Origin: an uncultured Bacteriovoracaceae bacterium
GTDB lineage: Bacteria > Bdellovibrionota > Bacteriovoracia > Bacteriovoracales > Bacteriovoracaceae
Direction of reading: 5' to 3'
Length of the DNA: 51,914 bases
NCBI GenBank assembly: GCA_964352945.1
Contig: CAYGTU010000002.1
Coordinates: 1 to 51,914 of the forward strand
This document shows, piece by piece, positions 1-8,601 of this stretch. The translations under genes and the position numbers were made by a program. Below the pieces are notes generated by a model. It ran no database searches. It was not told the origin of the DNA and saw only the letters and a program-made list of their open reading frames with translations. Each line of letters opens with the position of its first letter. Positions within the stretch are counted from its first letter, which is position 1.

Positions 1-193
1 GAGGACAAAAAAGCATCGATAGCAAACCGATAAATGCTTGAATGCCAATGAGTTTTAAAAATATGGCCTGATGAGAAGGGTCAAGTTCTTTTTTTACAAA
101 ACTCAAAATTTTTTCATCTAGTTCTTTGGGTGGATTTATTTCTTCAGAATTTATAAAATCTTGGTAATCCAATCTATTTTTAGTCTCACTCAT
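1..193 (-). CDS. putative anti-sigma factor / small membrane protein (N-terminal part; continues past window start)
   Basis: ATG at 193-191 overlaps the sigma gene stop by 8 nt. Reads MSETKNRLDYQDFINSEEINPPKELDEKILSFVKKELDPSHQAIFLKLIGIQAFIGLLSMLFCP with a hydrophobic tail. Lies directly downstream of an ECF sigma gene. Confidence 0.35.
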   Translation of the reverse strand, partial: MSETKNRLDYQDFINSEEINPPKELDEKILSFVKKELDPSHQAIFLKLIGIQAFIGLLSMLFCP

Positions 194-719
194 CAGATCC
201 TCCTTTGTATTTTAATTTTAACTTTTTAATGCCTCTAGATACTAATTTTCTTGTATTTGCTTCATTCGTATTTAAAGCTTTTGAAATTTCTTTAAAATCT
301 TGGTCTGAATAGTACCTGAGAGTAATTGCTTTTTTTTCATTCATAGATAAAGAATTTTCTAAATCTAAATCTATTTGCGGAGAATCTTTAATATCAGTTG
401 ATAATAAATGTCCCTCTTTTAATTCAATCGATGGAATACGTTTTTTTTTGTAAAAATCTAGTAACTCACTTCTACAAATTGTATAAATCCATTTAATTAG
501 TAGAAATTTAGAGTCATAACTTTTTCTTGATTTATGGAACTTTGTGAAGATATTTTGGACAATGTCGTCATTATGTCCTTTAGAATTAGTTCGCTTGTCC
601 ACATAATGATAGATTCTTGCTTTATAGCGGTTATATATCACGTCAAATGCATCTAATTCATCGTTTTGGTAGAGTTGCATGAGTTTCTCATCTGTTAAAT
701 TTGAAAATGGATTGACCAT
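186..719 (-). CDS. ECF-type RNA polymerase sigma-70 family factor
   Basis: 177 aa. Region-2-like DAFDVIYNRYKARIYHYV..DIVQNIF and a region-4 HTH FKEISKALNTNEANTRKLVSRGIKKL. Size is typical of ECF sigma factors. Confidence 0.85.
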   Translation of the reverse strand: MVNPFSNLTDEKLMQLYQNDELDAFDVIYNRYKARIYHYVDKRTNSKGHNDDIVQNIFTKFHKSRKSYDSKFLLIKWIYTICRSELLDFYKKKRIPSIELKEGHLLSTDIKDSPQIDLDLENSLSMNEKKAITLRYYSDQDFKEISKALNTNEANTRKLVSRGIKKLKLKYKGGSDE

Positions 720-730
720 CTCTACCTTTT

Positions 731-760
731 ATTACGATTGAATTCATAAATTTGTGACAA
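731..760 (-). promoter_or_regulatory. candidate ECF-type promoter of the sigma gene (TTGTCACAA-N15-CGTAAT on minus strand)
   Basis: The reverse complement of 731-760 reads TTGTCACAA + 15 nt + CGTAAT and ends about 12 nt upstream of the ATG at 719. Motif and spacing match 834..863. Confidence 0.45.
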
Positions 761-770
761 ATACTTTTCT

Positions 771-793
771 TTTATACCCCCTGAGGGTATAAA
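771..793. promoter_or_regulatory. operator-like palindrome TTTATACCC-CCTGA-GGGTATAAA
   Basis: Perfect 9-bp inverted arms with a GC core, in the AT-rich divergent intergenic region between the two candidate promoters. Confidence 0.4.
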
Positions 794-833
794 TATATAA
801 TATTACAACAAAATTTAAGAAATAAAAGATATA

Positions 834-863
834 TTGTCACAAAGCGAAGCTTTCCTTCGTAAT
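834..863 (+). promoter_or_regulatory. candidate ECF-type promoter of the efflux operon (TTGTCACAA-N15-CGTAAT)
   Basis: TTGTCACAA at 834-842, a 15-nt spacer, CGTAAT at 858-863. Located upstream of the first operon gene. Confidence 0.45.
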
Positions 864-892
864 GTTATATGAAAGCTATTTTAGAGGAATTT

Positions 893-1363
893 ATGCAATT
901 AGTTTATATATTTTTACTTGTTTCGGCTTATGCTTTCGGGCATGGCGGCGAAGATCATAGTAAAAAAGAAATCAAAGTGGAATCATCTTCAGTAAGAGTA
1001 ATTGATCTTGAAACAATAAACAAAAGCTATGAGGCCAATGTAAAACCAATTTTTAAAAAATCATGCTTTGATTGCCATTCAAATAAAACTGTTTTTCCTT
1101 GGTATTATAAAATCCCCGGTATAAAGCAAATTATAGATTCAGATATTAAAGAGGCGAAGTCACATTTAGATTTCTCTAATGATTTCCCATTTATTAGCCA
1201 TGAAGATCCAATTAAAGACTTACAGAGTATTTCAAAGTCTCTTGAGGGTGGAAAAATGCCACCCGCCCAATATTTATGGCTTCATTCTAAGGCCAATCTA
1301 TCAAAAGAAGAATTAGAAAAGGTACAACATTGGATAAAAAAATCTTTGGAGATATTAGAATGA
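893..1363 (+). CDS. haem-binding-domain protein (CxxCH), secreted
   Basis: ATG at 893 is preceded by AGAGGA (the track ORF starts at 869). Signal peptide MQLVYIFLLVSAYAFG. CFDCH motif, plus the PWYYKIPG and MPPAQY pattern of the Haem_bd family. Confidence 0.7.
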   Translation: MQLVYIFLLVSAYAFGHGGEDHSKKEIKVESSSVRVIDLETINKSYEANVKPIFKKSCFDCHSNKTVFPWYYKIPGIKQIIDSDIKEAKSHLDFSNDFPFISHEDPIKDLQSISKSLEGGKMPPAQYLWLHSKANLSKEELEKVQHWIKKSLEILE

Positions 1364-2562
1364 AGCAAATACTATCATTAATAATTTTTATTTATGTTGG
1401 AAATGTTTCTGCATTTACATTTAACAATGCTGTTGAGGCTGTTGAGAAACATGAAGCAGTCCAATCTCTAGTGGATATGTCAAAAGCAATAATTGAAAAA
1501 GGTGGTGTAAGTGGCTCTTGGGGAGATCCTATGTTTCATATTGCCGCTAAAAATTTCCCAAAAGAAACTCTAGAGAAAGATCAAAGTCCAATGACTGGAA
1601 TCGAGTTTGGTTTATCACAAAAAGTATCATTAACAACAAAATACGGAAATATTGAAGATGGATTTGAGAAATTAGGAGCTTCTAAAAAATATGAATCAGA
1701 AGATAAGAAACGAGAATTAGTAAAATCTCTCTGGTTCATTGTTATTAATACAAGAAAGCTCAAAGAAGAAATCAAAATACTTATGGAGAATTTAAGCTGG
1801 ATATCAAAAACATTAAAAGTATCAAAAAAACTGTACACAAATGGGAAACTGTCTCAGCAGGCCTTATTCGATATTCAAATTAGAAAAGCTGAAATTGAAG
1901 CAGAATTAAGTAATAAAGAATTTGAATTTAAAGAACAAAATAGTAATTTAGGATATTTATTAAAATTTAAGGATGATATTGATGAAAAGTCTATTCCATG
2001 GAAATTACTAGAGTCAGTAAATTACAAATCTGCTGATCCTAAAGAGTTATCTATCGAAAAAGAACTCTCTGCAAAAGAAAATTTCCTTACAGCGAGTAAA
2101 TTAAATTATGTCCCAGATATTACTTTTTCTGTTGGGTATACAAAAAGAGAGAATATAGATAATAATGGGGATTTTGTTTCGGCATCAGTATCTTTTCCTC
2201 TTCCGTTTTCAGGCCAAAAATACTCTGGACACTCTCAAGCTACACATGAAAAATATGCAGCGGTAAAAAACTTAAGAAACTATAAACTTTTGAAAAATAG
2301 AAATACTGATGTTTTAAAACATGAAATTAATAAAATAAATAATGAATTAAAGATTCTTGATACTAAGACCATTAAGTTTGCAGAAAGCTCTAGGAAAGTT
2401 ACTTCTAAATCATATGCTCTAGGAGAATCCGGTTACGTTGAGTTACTTCAATCAGAATTTAAATTACAACTATTGTTACTAAAGAGAAGCATGCTCAACG
2501 CAAAGCTAGCTTCTTCACGAGTAGATCTAAAGTATTTATTAGGAGATAAACTTTATGAATAA
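1360..2562 (+). CDS. cusC: outer membrane efflux protein (TolC/CusC-like)
   Basis: ATG at 1360 follows GGAGA and overlaps the upstream stop (ATGA). Signal peptide MKQILSLIIFIYVGNVSA. About 400 aa with coiled-coil-rich composition. Lies upstream of the cusBA-like genes. Confidence 0.65.
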   Translation: MKQILSLIIFIYVGNVSAFTFNNAVEAVEKHEAVQSLVDMSKAIIEKGGVSGSWGDPMFHIAAKNFPKETLEKDQSPMTGIEFGLSQKVSLTTKYGNIEDGFEKLGASKKYESEDKKRELVKSLWFIVINTRKLKEEIKILMENLSWISKTLKVSKKLYTNGKLSQQALFDIQIRKAEIEAELSNKEFEFKEQNSNLGYLLKFKDDIDEKSIPWKLLESVNYKSADPKELSIEKELSAKENFLTASKLNYVPDITFSVGYTKRENIDNNGDFVSASVSFPLPFSGQKYSGHSQATHEKYAAVKNLRNYKLLKNRNTDVLKHEINKINNELKILDTKTIKFAESSRKVTSKSYALGESGYVELLQSEFKLQLLLLKRSMLNAKLASSRVDLKYLLGDKLYE

Positions 2563-3943
2563 GGTTAGTATGTTTTTTGTATTCCTTTTAGTCTTTGGGA
2601 CAATGAGTGCTTGTGATAAAGGGAAAAACGAAGCTAGTAAACACAATGGTCATAAGACTAGTATAGCTAAAAGTTTTTATACTTGCTCGATGCATCCTCA
2701 AATTAAAGAAGATAAACCTGGGAAATGTCCTATTTGTCATATGAATCTAACAAAAATAGAAATGGACGATGAAGATGAAGAGAATAAATCGAGTGTAACC
2801 AATAGAAAAATTGAAAAAGATGTTTGGTATTGTAAAGATTTTCCAGATGTAATAAGTGATAAGGAAGATCTTTGTCCTATTGATGGCACACCAATGATTA
2901 AAAGAGTTAAGAAAAATCGAGCAGGTGAGATCGTTGGAAAAGTAAAATTAAGAAAAGCTCAACTTAAGCATTTTTTTCCAGACTTTTTTCCCGTTACAAC
3001 AATGATGATGACAAAAAGAGTACGTTTACTTGGCCGAGTTCTCCAATCAGAAGAAAAGGAGAGCAGCATTCCAGCTCGAATTGGTGGAAGAGTTGAAAAA
3101 GTTTATGTTAGCTCTACTGGAAGCTTTGTAAAAGTAGGTGATCCTGTTCTCGATTTGTATTCTCCCAAATTGATTACAGCGGGTGAAGAATACCTTATAG
3201 CTAAAAAAAGTTATATTACGAGTAAAAGTAAAGAATTTAAAGATATGGTCGCTCAAAGTTCTGAACGTTTACACCTATGGGGAATTAAACAATTTCAATA
3301 TGAAAAATGGTTTAAAGAAAATAAAGTTCCAAGAAAAATAACCATTTATTCACCTTCAACAGGAATTGTTAGAAAAAGAAATGCTACTGTAGGAAGGTAT
3401 TTTAAAGAAGGGCAAAACTTCTTTGAATTATCTGACCTTAGTGATGTTTGGGTGGAAATGGATGTTTACGAAAGTGATTCTGCTTTGGTTAAACTTGCCC
3501 AGAAAGTAGATCTAGAATTTAGTGCTCTTCCCGGTCAAGTGATTCAAGGAGAGATTGATTTTGTAAGTCCTGTCTTAGATGATAAATCTAGAACATTAAA
3601 AATAAGAACGACCATCAAAAATAGTACCGGAAAGTTAAAGCCGGGAATGGTTGCTAGTGCAACTTTAAATATTACTCTTGAAGGTGAACCTTTGGTTGTT
3701 CCTAGAAGTGCAATAATAGATACCGGTAAAAGAAAAGTAGTTTGGGTAAAAGTTTCTAGTAAAGAGTTTAGAGCAAAAACAATTCATGCGGGTTATGAGT
3801 CTGAAGGCTATGTAGAAATAAAACACGGACTAATGGAAGGTGAAGAAGTAGTAATTGAAGGAAATTTTCTCTTAGATGCTCAAGCTCAATTATTTGGTGG
3901 CTATGAAGATATGAAGAGCGGGGCCAGTGGGCATAACCACTAA
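2555..3943 (+). CDS. cusB: RND efflux periplasmic adaptor (CusB/CzcB family) with N-terminal metal-binding motifs
   Basis: YTCSMHPQIKEDKPGKCPICHMNL and a second WYCKDFPDV..CPIDGTPM motif. MFP core (GGRVEKVYV, KPGMVA). ATG overlaps the cusC stop. Confidence 0.8.
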   Translation: MNKVSMFFVFLLVFGTMSACDKGKNEASKHNGHKTSIAKSFYTCSMHPQIKEDKPGKCPICHMNLTKIEMDDEDEENKSSVTNRKIEKDVWYCKDFPDVISDKEDLCPIDGTPMIKRVKKNRAGEIVGKVKLRKAQLKHFFPDFFPVTTMMMTKRVRLLGRVLQSEEKESSIPARIGGRVEKVYVSSTGSFVKVGDPVLDLYSPKLITAGEEYLIAKKSYITSKSKEFKDMVAQSSERLHLWGIKQFQYEKWFKENKVPRKITIYSPSTGIVRKRNATVGRYFKEGQNFFELSDLSDVWVEMDVYESDSALVKLAQKVDLEFSALPGQVIQGEIDFVSPVLDDKSRTLKIRTTIKNSTGKLKPGMVASATLNITLEGEPLVVPRSAIIDTGKRKVVWVKVSSKEFRAKTIHAGYESEGYVEIKHGLMEGEEVVIEGNFLLDAQAQLFGGYEDMKSGASGHNH

Positions 3944-3954
3944 GGAAATTTACT

Positions 3955-6900
3955 ATGATTAAGAACTTAATAGAATTATCCATCAGAAATCGTGCCATTG
4001 TAGTCGTTGGCTTTGTTTTTATTGCTCTTATTGCTCTATTTAGTATTAAAACTGCTCGGGTTGATGCCATACCGGATATTGGTGAAAATCAACAAATCGT
4101 ATTCACAAAATGGGCCGGAAGATCTCCAAAGGATATTGAAGAACAGGTTACATATCCTTTAAGCGTAATGCTACAAGGTATACCTGGAGTTAAAAATATC
4201 AGAGGAACTTCGGCTTTTGGCTTTTCTATTATTTATGTGATTTTTAAAGAAGAAATAGATTTCTATTGGAGTCGAAGTCGAGTACTAGAGAAATTATCAA
4301 CAGCCACAAGTGAGCTTCCTGATGGTGTCGTTCCGGCAATGGGTCCAGATGCTACTGGATTAGGCCAGATATTTTGGTATACCATAGAAAATGAAAAGGG
4401 AGCACTTCATCCAAAATCTTTAGCAGAGCTAAGGTCAATTCAAGATTTCTATGTTCGTTATCTACTACAAGGGGTTGAAGGGGTTAGTGAAGTCGCAGGA
4501 ATTGGTGGCTTTATTAAAGAGTATCAAATTGATGTTGATCCCAACAAACTATTCGCCTATGACGTCCATTTTAACAAACTTATAAGTTCAATTCAAAATT
4601 CTAATATTGATGTAGGAGCTGAGGTTGTTGAAGACGGTGACAGAGAATTTATCGTAAGGGGAAAAGGATTTTTTAAATCGTTATCAGATATTGAAAATGT
4701 GGTAATTGCTGTTAAAAATAAATCTCCAATTAGGGTAAAAGATGTTGCATCCGTTGGATTTGGTCCCGGATTTAGAAGAGGGGCATTAGATAAAAATGGT
4801 ATTGAATCAGTAGGTGGTGTTGTAACAATGCGTTTTGGAGAAAATCCAAAAGAAGTAATTGATAAAGTAAAAGAACAACTTGATATTGTTAGAAATGGAC
4901 TTCCAAAAGGGGTTAAGCTTGTTCCTTTTTATGATAGGACAGAAGTCATACAAAGAACCATAGGAACTGTTTATAAAGCATTGTCCGAAGAAATAATTAT
5001 AACTGTTATAGTTATTCTTTTATTTCTTCTTCACTTTAAATCATCAATTCTAGTTTCTCTTACCTTACCTTTTGGTGTAGGTATTAGTTTTATTCTAATG
5101 AAGCTTATTGGAATTGACTCAAATGTCATGAGTTTGTCAGGCCTTGTTATTGCTATTGGCTCCATGGTGGATATGGGTATTATAATGACCGAGAATATCT
5201 ATTCTCACCTAGCCGATAATCCTAATGTCGATAAAAAAGAAAGAATTGAAATTATAATTCGCTCCGCAAGAGAAGTAGGTCCTGCAATATTAACAGCTGT
5301 AATGACCACTATAGTAACTTTTTTACCTGTTTTTGGTTTGGAAGGTAGCGAAGGGAAACTCTTTGGGCCACTTGCATGGGCAAAAACTCTCGCGATGTTT
5401 GGATCTGTGGTAGTTGCAATTATTCTAATCCCTGCCTTGTCGACATATTTTTTAAAAGGCAATTTAAAACCAATGCAAAAAAACAAAGCGAGTATGCTAA
5501 TCGTTAATACTTATAAACCGCTGCTCAATTGGATGTTAGATAATAGAAAAATATTTGTTATATTTCCAACTTTTATTTTTATAATGGGAGCAATTGCCTA
5601 TATACAACTTGGAAAAGAATTTATGCCTTCACTAAATGAAGGAGAAATACTTTATATGCCAGTAACTACACCAGACGTAAGTATGACAAAAGCGAGAAAG
5701 CTTTTATCATATACTGATAAAAAGTTAAAAGAACATCCACTTGTGGCGGATGCTATAGGGAAATTAGGACGAGCTGATACGGCAATTGATCCAGCCCCAA
5801 TTGCAATGTTTGAAACCGTAGTTAAGCTTATACCACAAGATCAGTGGCCAAGTGGTACATCTATTTATGATATTATGGCCGAGCTAGATCAAGAGATGCA
5901 GATTCCGGGCTTAGTAAATGCGTGGCTTTTTCCAATTGAAAATAGAATTGCCATGATTTCAACAGGAATAAAAACACAAATAGGTATAAAGATTTTTGGT
6001 GATAATCTCAAAATTCTTGAAGAGATTGCGGCTCATATTGGTAAAGAAGTAGAAAAAATAAGAGGTGCTTATGGTGTTTATGCTGAGCAAATAACTGGCA
6101 AGCCCTATATTGAGTTTGATATAGATAGGGTTGCTGCTAGTAGATATGGGATAAATACGGGAACAATAAATAAGATTCTACAAACTGCAGTAGGAGGAAT
6201 GTCTATAGGTCAGTTTTATGATGGCCGTGAAAGATATCCTATTCGAGTTCGCTATAAAAAAGAATTAAGAGATAGAATTGACGATTTGAAAAGAGTATTA
6301 GTTCCCAGTCCATTAGGTCAACATATTCCGATAGAGGAATTGGCCGAAATAAAGATTGTAACGGGGCCGGCTGCGATTCAATCTGAAAATGGAATGCTAA
6401 GATCCCTTGTTCTCTTAAATGTAAAAGATAGAGACCTTATTGGTTTTGTGGAAGAAGCACAAAAAGTAGTCGCAAAAAACGTAAAGCTTCCGAGGGGATA
6501 TTCAATTGTATGGGCCGGGCAGTACGAAAGTCAGGTACGTTCAAACAATAGATTAATGATATTAGTACCAATTGCTCTTGTTATTAACTTAATTATTATA
6601 TTCTTTGGGATAAGAAATCTTAGAAATTCAGCAATTATTTTTAGTGCTATTCCAATTGCATTTGCAGGAGGACTCATTCTGCTTTGGGTAGGTGGTTTTA
6701 ATACTTCTGTCGCCGTTTGGGTTGGTTTTATAGCACTTTTTGGAATAGCGGTAGACGATGGGGTGATCATGATGACTTATCTTCAGGAAGCCTTAAGAGT
6801 AAATAAACCTAAAAATTGGATTGAACTTAAAGAGACTATTAGTGAAGCAGGTTGCAGAAGAATTAGACCTCTAGTTATGACTACAACCACAACAGTTGTA

Positions 6901-7080
6901 GCGTTAATACCTATTATGTGGTCAACAAGTACAGGGAGTGAAGTAATGAAGCCGATGGCAATACCTACCTTAGGTGGTATGCTCGTTGAGCTTGTGACTT
7001 TATTTGTTGTGCCTGTAGTCTATTCATATTTTGAACAAAAACATATTAAACATGAACAAGGAGTAGAATATGTGTCCTGA
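3955..7080 (+). CDS. cusA: heavy-metal efflux RND transporter, CusA type
   Basis: 1041 aa with 12-TM RND architecture. The TM4 motif AIGSMVDMGIIMTEN resembles E. coli CusA AVGAMVDAAIVMIEN rather than the CzcA-type DFGxxxDGA. Confidence 0.9.
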   Translation: MIKNLIELSIRNRAIVVVGFVFIALIALFSIKTARVDAIPDIGENQQIVFTKWAGRSPKDIEEQVTYPLSVMLQGIPGVKNIRGTSAFGFSIIYVIFKEEIDFYWSRSRVLEKLSTATSELPDGVVPAMGPDATGLGQIFWYTIENEKGALHPKSLAELRSIQDFYVRYLLQGVEGVSEVAGIGGFIKEYQIDVDPNKLFAYDVHFNKLISSIQNSNIDVGAEVVEDGDREFIVRGKGFFKSLSDIENVVIAVKNKSPIRVKDVASVGFGPGFRRGALDKNGIESVGGVVTMRFGENPKEVIDKVKEQLDIVRNGLPKGVKLVPFYDRTEVIQRTIGTVYKALSEEIIITVIVILLFLLHFKSSILVSLTLPFGVGISFILMKLIGIDSNVMSLSGLVIAIGSMVDMGIIMTENIYSHLADNPNVDKKERIEIIIRSAREVGPAILTAVMTTIVTFLPVFGLEGSEGKLFGPLAWAKTLAMFGSVVVAIILIPALSTYFLKGNLKPMQKNKASMLIVNTYKPLLNWMLDNRKIFVIFPTFIFIMGAIAYIQLGKEFMPSLNEGEILYMPVTTPDVSMTKARKLLSYTDKKLKEHPLVADAIGKLGRADTAIDPAPIAMFETVVKLIPQDQWPSGTSIYDIMAELDQEMQIPGLVNAWLFPIENRIAMISTGIKTQIGIKIFGDNLKILEEIAAHIGKEVEKIRGAYGVYAEQITGKPYIEFDIDRVAASRYGINTGTINKILQTAVGGMSIGQFYDGRERYPIRVRYKKELRDRIDDLKRVLVPSPLGQHIPIEELAEIKIVTGPAAIQSENGMLRSLVLLNVKDRDLIGFVEEAQKVVAKNVKLPRGYSIVWAGQYESQVRSNNRLMILVPIALVINLIIIFFGIRNLRNSAIIFSAIPIAFAGGLILLWVGGFNTSVAVWVGFIALFGIAVDDGVIMMTYLQEALRVNKPKNWIELKETISEAGCRRIRPLVMTTTTTVVALIPIMWSTSTGSEVMKPMAIPTLGGMLVELVTLFVVPVVYSYFEQKHIKHEQGVEYVS

Positions 7081-7660
7081 TTGTGAAAAAAAGTTTTCAA
7101 TTAAAAAATCGTTGCTTGTAATTGGAGTCATTGCAATGGCTATAATTACTCTTGATTCAAAGGCTTCTGATACTCATGGAAAAATGGATCATAGTAAAAT
7201 GAACCATGGAAAAATGATGAAGAGTGAATCAAAAGGTAAATTGGCCGTAACTGAGAAAGTTAAAAATGAAATATTAAGTTCTTTAGTCGTATATGAAGAA
7301 TTACATAAATCATACTTTGAATATGACAGTAAGAAGGTTGTTGAGAAAAGTAAGCAATTTTCTGAATTGCTAAGTAAGCTATCAGAAAGAGATATTGTAA
7401 GCTCTCTTGAAAATGCTAATGTCTTTAAGTTTTTAGCTGCAATTAAGGCAGGAGATAATAGAAGCGTTAATAATAGTCTACTTGATAATATTTCAAAAAA
7501 GCTAAATGAATTAATAATCTCAAAATACGATATTGGATCAGACTATAATCTATATCATTGCCCAATGGTGGATAAATTCTGGATACAAAATTCCAAGAAA
7601 ATGGCGAAGGTTCATAACCCTTACGCTCCAGATATGCCTCACTGTGGTGGTATGAAATAA
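7070..7660 (+). CDS. DUF3347-like His/Met-rich periplasmic protein
   Basis: TM/signal segment, then DTHGKMDHSKMNHGKMMK. C-terminal YHCPM..W...HCGG motif typical of DUF3347 proteins found next to metal efflux genes. Overlaps the cusA stop. Confidence 0.55.
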   Translation: MCPDCEKKFSIKKSLLVIGVIAMAIITLDSKASDTHGKMDHSKMNHGKMMKSESKGKLAVTEKVKNEILSSLVVYEELHKSYFEYDSKKVVEKSKQFSELLSKLSERDIVSSLENANVFKFLAAIKAGDNRSVNNSLLDNISKKLNELIISKYDIGSDYNLYHCPMVDKFWIQNSKKMAKVHNPYAPDMPHCGGMK

Positions 7661-7683
7661 ATTTCATCTTACTTAGAGTTTAA

Positions 7684-7845
7684 TTATTTAGTTATTCTTT
7701 TTGTAAATGTTTCTAATGAAGGTAGACCCTTATGAACTTTTATAAGGGCTTCTTCTTTCACTTCATTGTAAACTTTTTGGTAAGCGAAATTTCCAGCAAA
7801 AAATAATAGGGCAAGTGCAAATACTAGCTCTCCAAGTTCTTTCAT
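7684..7845 (-). CDS. 53-aa membrane peptide (module copy 1)
   Basis: Not in the ORF track (under 60 aa). MKELGELVFALALLFFAGNFAYQKVYNEVKEEALIKVHKGLPSLETFTKRITK. The ATG overlaps the upstream stop as ATGA. A conserved paralog lies at 12195..12356. Confidence 0.6.
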   Translation of the reverse strand: MKELGELVFALALLFFAGNFAYQKVYNEVKEEALIKVHKGLPSLETFTKRITK

Positions 7846-8330
7846 AATTTATCCTTTTTAGAGTGTTTAATATAAACTTCTCGTACAGAAACTTTTGTCC
7901 AAGATTTATTCATTTTTGTTTTGTAATTTTTATTATTCAGATCAATAGCAATCTGTGGAAAAGGCAAACCTTTTTCTCGAAGCGTTAAGATCATCTTGAT
8001 TACTTTCTTTTCCCCTTTATGTACTACATATGTAGTACCTTCTTTTTTCATCCCAAATGCGGCATTTGGCCCTTTTCTTTTATCCTTTTTAATATCGAGC
8101 AACCTTAAAGCATCGCTAATCGCAGTTCTCGACCATCCCGTAAATTCTGAAATTTGATAGCTTGAAAGGTCTAATTCTAAATAGAGCTTCCTTAAAAGTT
8201 GTTCGTTTTGAATTGGAAGGCAAAAGTAATGTGAGGTGTATATTGAGATATTGATACACTCATTACTTGTTAAAATGGGACGTCGTTTCGATTCCTGTTG
8301 GTGCGCGTGGCCTCGTCGCTGCTCCACCAA
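7842..8330 (-). CDS. HTH protein with recombinase-domain-like C-terminus, no catalytic domain (module copy 1)
   Basis: HTH LSSYQISEFTGWSRTAISDAL. FGMKKEGTTYVVHKGEKKVIKMILTLREKGLPFPQIAIDLNNKNYKTKMNKSWTKVSVREV matches the start of the large-serine-recombinase 'Recombinase' domain pattern. TTG start lies in a GC-rich stretch; the true start is uncertain. Confidence 0.6.
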   Translation of the reverse strand: MVEQRRGHAHQQESKRRPILTSNECINISIYTSHYFCLPIQNEQLLRKLYLELDLSSYQISEFTGWSRTAISDALRLLDIKKDKRKGPNAAFGMKKEGTTYVVHKGEKKVIKMILTLREKGLPFPQIAIDLNNKNYKTKMNKSWTKVSVREVYIKHSKKDKL

Positions 8331-8335
8331 ACCAG

Positions 8336-8350
8336 ACGCGTGACGAACAC
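8336..8350. repeat. 15-nt GC-rich motif ACGCGTGACGAACAC (inverted partner at 12776..12790)
   Basis: Exact reverse complement at 12776-12790. Lies within the hairpin AGACGCGTG-ACGAA-CACACGTCT (8334-8356). Confidence 0.7.
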
Positions 8351-8362
8351 ACGTCTAAACCA

Positions 8363-8431
8363 CGGATGTCCTCGTTAGGTAGTGGGTAATTTCTCTAAAC
8401 CTCGACTAGCAAAGTAAATACAAAGATCATT
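8363..8431 (+). repeat. 69-bp direct repeat, copy 1
   Basis: CGGATGTCCTCGTTAGGTAGTGGGTAATTTCTCTAAACC(T/G)CGACTAGCAAAGTAAATACAAAGATCATT. 68/69 identical to 10011..10079. Confidence 0.9.
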
Positions 8432-8601
8432 GGATTTGTAGTCGGTCTTTGTGTGTTATTTCTATTTAGTAAAAGATAATTTCCCAGTCATAACCCATGA
8501 TTACTTTTAGAAATTACATATCCTCTGGTGTCATTTTGCACTACTTTACAGCATAACAGATAAATACTATAAAAACTCATACATATACCTAGGAGGTCAC
8601 T

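Noticed and set aside
8321-8329. GCTCCACCA inside the GC-rich island looked like a tRNA/tmRNA 3' end, i.e. a possible integration att site
   Set aside because: No T-arm (GTTCGAATC-type) lies at the required distance and no cloverleaf can be drawn. The TTCGATT at 8290 is about 36 nt too far upstream.
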